DNA of 63,487 nucleotides, filler included, from Rhabdomonas costata (taxonomy: Eukaryota): assembly GCA_019059605.1 (NCBI GenBank). It is 21 parts of 21 records of this genome, joined end to end, with 100 filler letters (N's around TTAATTAATTAA, not from the genome) between each part and the next. Parts side by side here need not be neighbours in the genome. Positions count along the whole stretch, not along the records: positions 24,193 to 27,247 come from JAHMHO010001728.1; positions 27,348 to 30,277 come from JAHMHO010001729.1; positions 30,378 to 33,298 come from JAHMHO010001730.1; positions 33,399 to 36,319 come from JAHMHO010001731.1; positions 36,420 to 39,340 come from JAHMHO010001732.1; 16 more parts are not named here. One strand, 5' to 3'. The position numbers and the translations under genes are program-made. Below the pieces are notes generated by a model. That model searched no databases and was not told the origin of the DNA. It worked only from the letters and a program-made list of their open reading frames with translations. Below are positions 24,873 to 36,620 of this stretch, in pieces; position 1 is the first letter of the stretch, and each line of letters opens with the position of its first letter.

Positions 24873-26946
24873 GGTTACGTTGGATGTCCACATCGCCTCC
24901 CTGGCTCCACGCCCTCGGGGTGCACCATCCAATTCAATTCCGGTGTGTAAAAGAGTCCAATGAAGCAGACAAAATAGGCAGATTCCCACCTCAAAGCAAT
25001 CCTGACATTTACTGGTGCGATGGTGACCGAGAACCCAGTTCCTAGTTCCTGTGCAAGTGCACCTGTGCATCTGTCATCGGGGCTTAGTTAACCCTTCGAC
25101 TGCAGTGGACCCCCCCCCCCTCCACCTTTCTGCCCCTACCTTGGGATTCTCAGCCCGGACTGGAGCGGGGTGTACTGCGAGGGGGCGAATATCATCTGCC
25201 ACGAGCGGCTGGCGATTGTCGGGGTGGACGATGGGGGGCAGCCCCTGTACAACAAGACCCGCACCCTGGTGCTGTCTGTCAACGCGGAGATCTACAACCA
25301 CCGTCCCGTCAGGGCCCAGCTCGCCGGAACCCACTCCTGGCTTACCCACTCCGACTGCGAGGTAGGCCGGAGGGGGGGGGATTTGGATCAGGGCGGCAAT
25401 AAGTGCAACCTGCAAATCTTCCTTTTTTTATTTTCGACCCCACCTGGTCCGATAAGTTTTGGTTTGCAATCCACTTTGTGCACTTTTTTGCATGGCATTT
25501 TTGACCCTTTTTTCCCCGATTTGCATTTTTCCTCCTGGAGCTGATTTCTGGGTTCCCACGGCTATGCCTATGGATCGTGTAGCAACCCCCACTCCTCCCA
25601 CAGATATCCCTCATCCTCATTCTGCGACATTCTGACCAGCTTCTATTGTGTGTCGCGGCTTTCTGAATGAAGACTCACTCTGTCTTTAATGGCTGCAATG
25701 CTTTTGAATTTGCAAAATCATTAGACCGTCAGTTTTTGCGAAGCATTCCAAAAGAAATACACCAAAAAAGAAAAAGAAAACCAAACGGAAATGGAAATCA
25801 CGCCGTGCCATTCCGACAGCCGAAAAACGACAGCTGCAATCACCAGCTCATTGGGAGAACACCACCTCACAAAACAACTTTGTGAATTAAAGTACTTGAA
25901 CAATTGCAGATGTGAGAGGCTGCCTGAAGATCTCTAAGGTTTCTGGCGAGCCCCCTGCAGATTGCTGAATTAACGAAATGGTCATCCATCATTGGGGTCC
26001 TCCAAGGCGCTTTCTGCAGTGTTTGACTGATGCCTCCTCAGAACTCCTGGTCCAAAAATGGTGGCAGGGTGACACCTTTTTGCCTCTCCCTACGCTTCCC
26101 ACCTGTTCCGCCGCAGTGCCTGATCCACGCCTATGCGGAGCACGGGGAGGACTTCTTGAAGAAAGTCCCGATCAATGGTATGTACGCCTTTGTACTGTAC
26201 GACGCCGCCTCGGACACGTTCATCGCGGCCCGGGACCCCATCGGGATCATCCCGCTGTACGTCGGCCACGGCCGAGACGGCTCCGTGTGGTTCGCCAGTG
26301 AGCTGAAGGCCCTGCAGAACCACTGCGAGCAGTTCGAGGCACACACCCCGCGCCCCACACGCTATTCCCACTTCACTTTCTGCGCAACTGCAGTGGGTTT
26401 GGATGAGGTTTGGTTACGTGAAGTTTTCCCTTCTTGCCTGTGCAATTTGGGCCAACGGTGCTGAAATGGAAAGCGGTTTTGGCGGCCTGGTCCTTGAGGC
26501 GCCAAAGCCCAGTGACGACGACGAACGCAATCCACGAAAGGTCAGAAGAAACGTTAAGCAGTGCTGAACGTTTCGCAGCGCTCAGCGGTTAACCCCTGCA
26601 GGCGTGACCTCATACCTGTAGAGCTGATCTCCTGACCCCAACCGCGAATCGATGTGTTGATATCAACGGCACCATGTGTCAGAAAATCACTGTCAAAGAG
26701 TCATGGCACGCTGACAGTTCTTCTGCTCCAAAAGTCGCGTTTTAAGTGCGTCTCTCATGGGGAAGGATTTTGGGGAAGGATTACCTGTGCACTCTCAATG
26801 ATCTGGCCTTTTTTTCGCGTCCGTTTTGTTCTTTCTTCTCTCCTCAGAACTTCCCTCCCGGGCATGTGTACCGCAGCCGTACCGCCAGCATGGAGCGGTT
26901 CTACACCCCAATGTGGATCAACATTGACGTCGTCCCCAAGCGGAGG
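24737..26946 (+). CDS. asnB: Glutamine-hydrolysing asparagine synthetase, 5' part; exons 24737-24831, 25154-25361, 26117-26338, 26848-26946
   Basis: MCGILA...RHRG|PDWSG...HERLAIVG...GGQPL...NAEIYNH...SDCE|...GMYAFVLYD...ARDPIGIIPLY...FASELKAL...FE|NFPPGH is the Ntn glutaminase domain of AsnB. Confidence 0.95.
24832..24869 (+). repeat. (GT)n microsatellite at the 5' end of asnB intron 1
   Basis: About 19 GT units starting at the donor site. Confidence 0.9.
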
Positions 26947-29589
26947 GTGTGTGGGTGAATGGGCTTTCGTCCGTCCCCATTCCCACAACCCCTTCCCTTT
27001 TTCCCAACCAGAGCACTTGCTCGAGGCCAGTGGGCAACAGACCTCAGAAATCAAGTGCAAGCACCCCGAATGTGTGTCCTGAATGTGTCCTGCTTTCGTT
27101 GTCATCTGCAAGTGTCGTCTTTCCCTCAAGCCACTTTCAATCCGATCAACAAATGACTTTGGCGGAAGGCAAGCCCCACCGGAAGATGGAAACAACCCTT
27201 GTCAATCCCACGTGACCCTTCCACCCCAACCCAAACACACCCACCACNNNNNNNNNNNNNNNNNNNNNNNNNNNNNNNNNNNNNNNNNNNNTTAATTAAT
27301 TAANNNNNNNNNNNNNNNNNNNNNNNNNNNNNNNNNNNNNNNNNNNNCGCTTGAGTTGAGAAGAGAGGAGAGCGTTGTTGCTGCAAGAGCAGAGGTAAAT
27401 TCTGTTGGTGAGATGAGACTTCAGAAAAGCTCAAGAGTTGATGAAGTAGTGGTGCATTTGGATAAAGCCATTGGGGGAAGTCAAGGAGGATATATGGGAG
27501 CAGTTGAATGGGAAGAAAGTTGAGGGAGAAGGACAACATGCGTGTGAGAGGACGGGAGGAAAAAGGGACGTAAAATGTGGTAATTCGGTGGAACCAGTCA
27601 CAAGGATGGAACTTGGGGGAACGGGTGAAAACTAACATACTTAGCTGCATAGAACTATAAAGTTGATGGAAGGGAGCCATTCATTGGAAGGGCTCCATCA
27701 ATACGTCGGGACAAAAGCTCAAACAAAGTCAGGGCGACCCAGGCATATAACAAACCCAAGGAGAAGGGCCAGTCAATCAGAACGCCATCCAGAAGGAAGG
27801 CCTGGGTCTCGGAAACCTCGCATGGGTCTTCTCCGACGTCAGGCTGGCGAACGATTGGAAGCATTCGAACCTGTGAAGATATAATAATTATGGAGAGTGA
27901 GGGAGAACCCTCTGACGCAAACACGCATCCACACAAGACAGACAGGAAAATGCACGCGCCGCTGCATTATCACTCACACTGATGTGGGCACTCGCATACG
28001 CACACTGATGTGGGTGCGAGGAACAAAGAAGCAGATCATCAACGTGGGAACATCCCCACATACACAAAATTTCCTTAAAACTTGAATGAATGTGCTAGAT
28101 GGTAGTACAACAGGGGACAATTGTTTCTTTTTAGGCCCATCATGTGTCTCGTTCGTGGGAAACCGGTGGTCTGACCCGACCTTCCCTATTTAGAAAGTTA
28201 TTAAGGAAGGCCAGCAGAGCAGCAATTTGGCAGACAGGCAGCAGGGATTTCCAGAAGCTCGGATGTACCAGAGAAATCTTGCGTACGAAAAAATCGGAAA
28301 AATGCAGTGTCCGGAAAACTATGCGATGCATTTCGTTATGGGACTCGTTATTGGGGGAGGAGAGGTAATCCAAACTATTACGTTCATCACAGTTGTGTAA
28401 GCACCGCAGATAGTGACTCCGACATGGTTCGCACTTCTCCCCTGGGCAGAGATGACAGCGACCCTCCCTGGAACCCTGCACCAAGGCCATCACTCGGCGC
28501 TGCTGCGAATTTCACGGTGAACTATCAACTGTCGTACCCCTTTGAAACATTTACCTTCGTGGATGAGATGAAAATGGAGAATTTCCACGGCATGCCCGCA
28601 CAAACGGGGTGCAAACGGGGCTTATCTGTTATATATAGCTTTAGCTGTGTCTTCTGGCTCCGCCAGTGTGGTTGACCTGCAGAATTAGACCCGGGAACTT
28701 CCGCCTTTCGGTTTGGAAAGCTGTTGGGGGTGCACCATGTGCATATTATGTTGTTTCCTCCCCGTGACAGAGTGGGAAGTTCACTGCCGAGGAGCTCGAC
28801 TTGATTGCACTGTGGTTTACCTTGGTTAAGTATGCCCGCTGTTTCTGATGTCCCTGTCCTCATCCTCGTCCTTCGTCCTGGTGGTGTCCTTTGGGTTCCT
28901 GACGTTTTCATAAGAAGGCGTGGTTTTGGGAGAGCTTAAATGCCAGAAAGAAAGCTTAGGCTCCGTTTTTAGGCCTGCAGAGGTCTAAATCAGCGCCTCT
29001 AATTGTGCTCTTCAAGGCGCCTATCGTGAAGTCGCGGATAAGGAGCTCTCAGGAAACACAAGATTCCCGATTATCCCACGAACAAATTATCACCCCCTAT
29101 GCCGAGATTCTGGTCTACGTGTGAGATCACTCAGTGAAAAGGCGGCAAACTGACGGTAGCGCATGTCTCTTGCTGCTCTTTCCTGCGCTTTCAGCACTGA
29201 TCGGAATTTCTGGATGTGCACCTCAGCTCCCAATCATTCCATCTCATTTGTTGCGCGAAAAATCTTCGGAGCGCTGTGAGAACATCGCAGTGGGTGCGTT
29301 TTGGGACATTTTGTGGTTTTCCGTGCGCCAACTTTTTCATATGAAGTCATGTCAACATTTGAAGCAGCTTCAGATGTCAAGCAGTTATTTTAAGGGGTTT
29401 CCCTCACACATACACGTCCCCGCGGCGCCGTTCGCTCCAACGGTACCTCTCACGAGCATCCGCGGCCAACAGCGCATGCGCCCGTCAGTCCACAGAGGTC
29501 ACCAGCAGCCCGTCAGGCAACAGCCAGCGCGCGATGCGCCCAACACACGCTTGCACAGACTCACGTCTGGTGCATTCACTCATTTGGTC

Positions 29590-30072
29590 ATCAGGTATCT
29601 CTTCACGATGGGGTGCCTGGTCAAGCTGCCCCGGCTGGTGCTCCTGCTGGACCCCCTGCGGCATGGCGAGCCCCTTCACGAGACCACGATTCGCAACGAG
29701 CAGGCCTACTTCGCCAGCATAGCCCAGCTGCTGGGCTGCCTCCCTCTCGGCACCACTGTGCGCTCGGACTTCGACCAGGCCCGCCGCGCCGCCGCGCGCA
29801 CCACGCACCATCACTCACAAAAGACTTTATCAGCTGCCCAACATCAAGTCGTTGCCCAGCACTACTCTGCTCTTCCTTTCAATCCCGACCTGCTCTACTG
29901 GAGGTCAAACGGGTTCAACGGGATTGAAAGACTGAACGATTCGGTTTCCGCACCTCCAGAAACCATCCATACAGTTTTGACAATCCAAGACCGTCTTTTT
30001 GATTTTCAAGAATTTTTCAAGGTCGAAGACCGTCGTAAGAGCCGTCGCCGCTGCTGCGACTCAAGCCTTTGA
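29590..30072 (+). CDS. Hypothetical protein (terminal exon?)
   Basis: Part of the 312-aa ORF with strongly GC3-biased codons over ~29600-29810. No recognised motif. Confidence 0.3.
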   Translation: MRYLFTMGCLVKLPRLVLLLDPLRHGEPLHETTIRNEQAYFASIAQLLGCLPLGTTVRSDFDQARRAAARTTHHHSQKTLSAAQHQVVAQHYSALPFNPDLLYWRSNGFNGIERLNDSVSAPPETIHTVLTIQDRLFDFQEFFKVEDRRKSRRRCCDSSL

Positions 30073-30184
30073 GACTTGTGTATGTTCCCCCCGGCGCCCC
30101 CTTCATTCGAAGTTTACCGATCGGATAAATGGAAGGGTGTGTGGCGTTTTCCGTGTACAGTAAGCGTGTGGCGATCGCCTATGC

Positions 30185-30272
30185 TTGGTTTCCCTTTCCC
30201 CGGACAAGGATGTGAGTAGTCAGGCAAGGCGCTTCGACTGCTCACATCCTTGTCCGGGGAAAGGGAAACCAA
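30185..30272. repeat. Perfect 32-bp hairpin at a contig end
   Basis: ttggtttccctttccccggacaaggatgtgag (30185-30216) has its reverse complement at 30241-30272. Confidence 0.9.
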
Positions 30273-31357
30273 ACACCNNNNNNNNNNNNNNNNNNNNNNN
30301 NNNNNNNNNNNNNNNNNNNNNTTAATTAATTAANNNNNNNNNNNNNNNNNNNNNNNNNNNNNNNNNNNNNNNNNNNNGGGTTTGTGTCTCCGAGTCGAGG
30401 GTGTCATGGGTTCGCGGGTATGCCTTGGGTTTACGGTTCGGTGAGTCGAGTATTCGGTGTCGGGGTTTGTTCTTGTTTGTTTGGGGATTTACCACTGGGG
30501 GAGTGGTTTCAGCAGGCGGCCAGCATAACCGCGCTTTTGCGGTTCCTTCTGCCTTGGCTTACCACGCCCATTGCTCCGGATTGCTAAAGTCATTGACTAA
30601 AAACGAGGAATACTTGAGGGAAGGGGCATGCGCAGTTAGTCGGTTGTGATAAGTGATGAGCTGAAAGCAAGCCTATCGTTAGCTTTACCGTGAACAGCCT
30701 GCACAGCCAGCCCTCGCCCGAGACCCAACTCACCCTGGGTGAAGCACCTTTTTTAGGTGCCCTACCAGGGTGCCCCTGGTTTTCAAGAATACAAGGAGAT
30801 TTTTTTAAATTCAGTTTTTGTCTTGACCGAACAGAGGGCGGGAGTTCGGGCGGGGGGGGGGCGTTGGTAGAGAAGAACTTCGCTCTACAACACGAAGATC
30901 TACAAAAAGCATCAGCACTGCCAGTGGAGAAAGGTAGAATTGTAAACCTCACGCGGACCATGTGGCACTTTCTTATAAGATCTCTCTTGTAAAGTCCTCC
31001 CTGGGGTCCTACAGGCCCGCTGTAGGTATAGAGTGCCTGGGGTGCCTAGGTGTCGCCGTGCCCTGAACACCTCAATGCTCCTCGGACTCCCCCCTCCCTA
31101 CAGGAAGATCGGGCTGCACAATGGTGCCATCGCTGACACAGCTGCGTGATAGCAGGCGAAGGATCACCATTATTAAATGTTCAAGCTGGAACCGAGGGGT
31201 CGGAAGAGAGGACGAGTTCGCATGTGCCTTTTACAGCTCCTGTCTCTCTTTTTGTTGTCCTAAGCTCACGATTGCTCAAAGCTTTTCAGCAGACTACGGA
31301 GAGAGAGAGAGCAGATCGGCCCTTGCAAGTGAATCGAAGAGCAACCAGAGAAACCAG

Positions 31358-33031
31358 ATGCTCACTCCGTTTTCGGGGCTGCCCGCGGCCGTCGGGGTTG
31401 TGCTGTTGCTAGTAGTCTTTGGGCTTCCCGAAGGTGGGCTTGCTTATGCCCCGCCTCGTCATGGCAATGCGCATGCCCATGCCTATCCCCAGCATGGGTC
31501 CGCGGAACCCGCTAAGACCGCATCGAAGCCAAGACCTGAGCCAGTATGACACGTTACGCACATGTACATCTTTTGCGCCACTGCAACAGAGGGTTTGCAC
31601 GTGACGCCTCCCTGGCAGTATTGGGATGCTTCGGTCGTCGACGCCAGGCATTGTGCAGCACCGGGGTTCGAGGGGTAAGTAAAATACCTGAGTCGGAGAC
31701 AGGCTTTTTGTGGCCTGTGTTTGTTGCAGATCAAAATGGCCCGAGAGAACTCTTACACCAAGGTTGCAAACCAGCTGCATGTGCAGTAGATGAATGGTGT
31801 CCAGAACCTCGTGCACCACTTTTGCCCATTTCACGTCAGAAAAACATTTTCAACAGTTTGAAACAGAGTTGGGCGGAGTTTTCTGTTTGGGCAAGCTTTC
31901 TGTTGGGTGATTCGTTTTTGTGATTATAATTATCCGTTGCTGGTTGCTGGATTTGGGCCCTTTGTTTCCGATTGACACGCCTGAATGTATCTGTGTTTGC
32001 GTACTTTTTGCCAAAGATAATAATAAAAGCTTTCTTTGGCTCCACTTAGCGTGGGTTTACCGCGGAGGAGCTGAAGAGGTACAATGGGGAGCACGACCCC
32101 AGCCTTCCGATCTACCTTTCCATGAAGAACGTCGTGTACGAGGTTACCCCGAACTTCTACGGCCCTGGACAACCCTACCACGTCTTTGCTGGGGTGGACT
32201 GCAAACACGGGCCCACTCCCCTAACCCTCAGAAGGCGACACAATGAAAGCAAAACGCTTTGCTGCCGTTTTGATAAATGTTCTGATTGGCAAAATTGAGA
32301 GGTTAATCACAGCATGTACTGCCCACCAGGAGGTCTTTCTCGAATCCCAGAGGAAGAAAACCAACGCTCCGCATCGTGTTTTGTACGGTGCCGCTGGTCG
32401 AACTTCGTCCTGTTACCTTCGTATCTAGCTTGCTGCTATTGGTTGAAAAAGATCACGCCTCCACAACCACCGAAATCTACAAGCATGCGTCTGATTTTTT
32501 TGGTATCTTTTCTTTTCTATTTTTTTCGTTTAACAAAATCGAGGAGGACCTCTTGGCGAGGCGTGCAGCTGAGCTCAAAAACTGAGGATTCAGGCGGGGT
32601 TTTGCGGCGAGATCAAACGTTCAGCTCCACTTTTACGGCCTTTGCTCTACCTGTAGCTGCAAGCGTTCCTGTCTTGGCCACCTGACTGAAGCGTCAATTT
32701 CCAGAAAAAAACTCTTTTTGAAACCGAAAATTGGGTTTTTTTGTTGGGAAGCATTTCGGGTATATATTGGCTTTTGGACAACCCCCGCCGTGTGAGTGGC
32801 GGAGTGGATGTGGGCCTGAGCACCCGTACCATCCCCTTGGGCCGTAACGACATCAGCACGAAGGGTGCCAATGAGGACTGGTCGAAGATGACGGAGGAGG
32901 AGAAGCGCACGGCGGACCACTGGGCCTCCACGTTTGAGAAGAAGTACCCCGTCGTGGGGTGGTTCGTTCCCCCTTACGCCCCCACCGACGCGGCCGCAAC
33001 CCCTGCGGCGCCATCTGCAGAAGACCTTTAG
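31358..33031 (+). CDS. MAPR/neudesin-like cytochrome b5 heme/steroid-binding protein; exons 31358-31543, 32050-~32204, ~32824-33031
   Basis: Signal or TM segment, then FTAEELKRYNG..DPSLPIYLSMKNVVYEVT..FYGPGQPYHVFAGVDC, then .R...D..W...FEKKYPVVGW, ending AEDL*. The second intron is non-GT/AG. Confidence 0.9.
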
Positions 33032-33594
33032 ACTTCTTTTTGGACCTACTGCTGCAAAATACTCATTCAACCGAGAGATATGTACACAAGCATGGAGTGC
33101 AAGTAGCGCTCGAGTATTCAAGGACGCTGTGTTTGTCGCGTCTTTGCCACGTGTTTGGGAATCAGAAAAAGCAAGTTTATTCTTCGCTCCGTTCCGTCCG
33201 CAGAGAAAGCCAACACAAGAGACTGCGCTTCTTCGGCTGCTTAAATCACATGAATGAAATTCTTCCTGGGTTAATGCCGAATATTGTGCCACACCACANN
33301 NNNNNNNNNNNNNNNNNNNNNNNNNNNNNNNNNNNNNNNNNNTTAATTAATTAANNNNNNNNNNNNNNNNNNNNNNNNNNNNNNNNNNNNNNNNNNNNGG
33401 GGTGGGGGGGGTGAGGGATACGCCCTGCAGTATCCGTACGGGTGAAATTCGGATCCTGCAGCAATGCTCAGCCAAAATTGAAAAGCTCACATGCAACATA
33501 TGGCGAGTCCATGCCAATGGAGGAAAGAGGTGAGTGGGAAGAATGATGACCGGGAGAATTCACTGAATGCTCATAACCGCAAAATATGCCACAC

Positions 33595-35510
33595 CTGCAG
33601 CACAGCCTGGGGGATGTATTTGCGAACCTCGGTGAGGTTCTTATAGATCCTCAGGCAGGACTGCTGCGTCGGGGTGGGGCTCTGTGTCGGTAGGAACACA
33701 AGCGCTTTGCCACAGAGTGAAGAATGCGTTCTGGGGAGGCAAAGGTGAGCCCCAAGCGCACGATAGAAGCGTCGAACACAGATGCGATCCGCATGCGAAG
33801 AGAAGAGTGAAGTGCCCATTTGTCGAGCAGCAGCAGCAGCAACGTTTAAAACAGTGGCGAAAGCAGAAGAAGGAAGAAAGCACCGAAACCAAAGCAGGGC
33901 ATATGCATCACCACAAAACTACAATGCCGAAAAGGAGGGGGTTGGTGTACATTCCACAAGCATGCACACACACAGACCTGGACCTCAGCCAGGAAGGACA
34001 TCTTCTCCAAGTCAAAGGTGGCGATGGCCTCCGACAGCCCCACGGCGACCTGCACATCGTCCAGCTGACGGTGGACATCCTGTAGCTTGGACTGCAGCCT
34101 CCTGCGAAGTTATACATGGCAGCGTTTAAAGTAGACTTTTTTGGGGGGAACCCTACACTGCGCTGTGGGAGTCCGGTAGTCCGTTGGCTGGAGACGTCGA
34201 TCGTAGTTACCTCTTTTGAAAAAGGCATATGAGACAGAATTTGTAGATTTCGATTAGACCACCATCTTTGATGACAACCGCTTTCCTTCACGTCGTTCTC
34301 GACCACCCTTGTGACATAATTTCCCATACCCTTTTCATTCCGTGACCGCCCTACCGGCCTGATCGGAGCTGAGGATTTCCGAGCACTGCTGTTGTTCTCT
34401 CAAAACTTGGAACAAAATCCAAAACCCTTCGAAAAAAACTGCGATGGGGGACGTTCCACGGACGTTCCACCCCAACGCAACTGCTGGTACCCTACACCAC
34501 AGAGTTAGAGAAGGAGAAAATCCCACAACCCGTGCCGGGCGTCGAGGAGTCGCAGAAACACGGCAGCCACCATGACGACCACGGCCTATCCAATGACAAA
34601 GGGACGAATGGAGCGTACAAACTGGCACACAGATTGCAAGAACTAGCGAAGCAATGCACAAACCACGCTGTTTCCGGAAGGAGAAGCCCGCATCCGAATA
34701 GTGTCAGAAGCAACACAGGCATGCATAATCCAGGTAGCACATACCACGACGGGCACCACAATCGCGGGAACCAGCCATGGCTGGGGCTTCGCCACACACG
34801 CTGTGCGTGCGCCGTTGGGTTGGTGCGCAGGGTCGCACGCCACGCACTCCCATGCCCCCGCAGAGGCCGCGATAGTGCCCGGGGGGCAGGGCAGACACTG
34901 CGTGGCGTTGGCCACGGCGCCGTATGTGCCTACCAAGACAACACCGCAGCGAGGAAAAAAGCCCACGCATTCAGATAAAGGACCCCGACAAACAACGTGC
35001 AACGTGCGACGGGCCACGACGTGAGGCCATCGCTTGCACTTCATTAATACACTCGCGAACTTACCGGCCAACACCAGGGCTTGCTGGATAGCGGAGAGCG
35101 CGCTCGGCAGCACAGCACCCCAGGAAGAAAGACAAAGACAAGCTGAAACCCTAGCATCCAGAAATCCAGCCAGCATCAGGTGAACCAACGAAAGAAGGAA
35201 GAGGGGAGAGAATCTGAGGGACGTTTTATGCCACGGGTAACTGCCAGTAAAAGGGGTAGAAGGCCTTTCACCCGGGATCAGGATTCGGTTCGGTGTTTGG
35301 CTAGTCGGCGGGACTGTCGGCGTCGGCCGCTTTCGGTGGGCATGGGTTCGCACAGGTTCGCATCACCGATGCCCGAACAGAAAGTAAGCACATATGCCAG
35401 ATGAGAACCTGAGGGACAGGCCGTGCACTGGGAGGCGTTCCCCATGGAGAACGTGCCCGAGGGGCAGCCCACGCACTGCGACACCGTGTCGGAGTTTGCA
35501 GACATTGTCC
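33595..35510 (-). CDS. Single-pass receptor with Cys-rich (GCC2/ephrin-receptor-like) repeats, probably upstream of a cyclase-like domain (partial)
   Basis: Exons encode QCVGCPSGTFS...QCTACPSG and QCLPCPPGT...ECVAC, a TM segment (WLVPAIVVPVVAVVVMVAAVFL), then LSEAIATFDLE and NLTEVRKYIPQAVL. Confidence 0.6.
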
Positions 35511-36620
35511 CTGTAAAGAAGAGGGATTTCTTCTTTAACTTAGGGACAGTTGTGTCTGGTTATTCGCTTTTGTGTATGCTTGTGCGATGAAAAGACGGAA
35601 AGGAAACACATGTACACACGTGAAGGAGAGCGATGACGGAAAGAAAGAAAGAAAGGCAGCGGGAAGAGAGCTCTTGCATACGTAAGGACCTGAAGCGGCC
35701 TTTGTGAGGTTTAAAAAAGAAGCCCTGGTCTCACTATTTGCATCCTGTCGTTTATTGAGGGTCATGGGTGGGGGTGGAGGGCGCTAGACGTCTAAAAAAC
35801 ATCCAACGATCGTCCGAGGAAAAACTGGGAGGGGCGATCCCACCAGAAGCATTGCAGCAGGTACGGAAAAATAGCGACATTGCAAGCATCCTTTGTGAAA
35901 AAAGGGTTCCTCGAAGGCGTCGTGCCTGTAAGCCTATCAGGAAGTGAGCGACGACGACGAAGACACCGTGTGGGTGCTGTGCAGTTTGACGTAGCAAAGG
36001 GTGCACACAAAAGATGGTGCAGTCAAAGGCATATACCCGGAGAGCAGGGAAGGCAGCTGATGGAGAAGGGGCTCAGGAAAACAGTCCCGTACGTCCCGAC
36101 CCCGCACACCCGTCCAGGAAGGGTCCACTGCCCGTGGTCCACCTGTGGGAGCCATCCACCACCAACCCGCAAGCCCAATCCAGAGCAAAGCCAGAGAGAA
36201 GGAACACCAAAGGGCTGGTCCCCAACGGTTCAAACCACCCAAACGGTCAAGTTCACGGCATTGGAACTCAACACAAGAAAGAACTTTCATGGGTTTCGCT
36301 TGCCCAAAGACCACACACANNNNNNNNNNNNNNNNNNNNNNNNNNNNNNNNNNNNNNNNNNNNTTAATTAATTAANNNNNNNNNNNNNNNNNNNNNNNNN
36401 NNNNNNNNNNNNNNNNNNNGGTGTTTGGTGACCTGTCCTTCTTTGAGAAAGCTTTTCAAGTTTTCATTGTATGATGCTGTTGATTGACACGTGGACCTTT
36501 TTCGCCGTGCGATACTGGGAGATGCGCTGGTTTTCCAAGTGGTGGTTGCGTGAATGCACTAGCTATGCCTCAGACTCGGTGCAAGCCATGTTTCCCTTTT
36601 ATTTTTCGCAGCTTGAAAAA

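Noticed and set aside
27348-27700. Possible LINE fragment (ISPTEFTSAL) on the minus strand
   Set aside because: There is only one weak motif among stops, which is insufficient support.
30185-30272. Perfect hairpin as a pre-miRNA or terminator
   Set aside because: It has the same contig-end fold-back pattern followed by an A/C tail.
36471-36620. First 50 codons of the 973-aa ORF
   Set aside because: The sequence is aromatic-rich and intergenic-looking, ending in a pyrimidine tract plus AG; the ATG at 36621 is a more plausible start.
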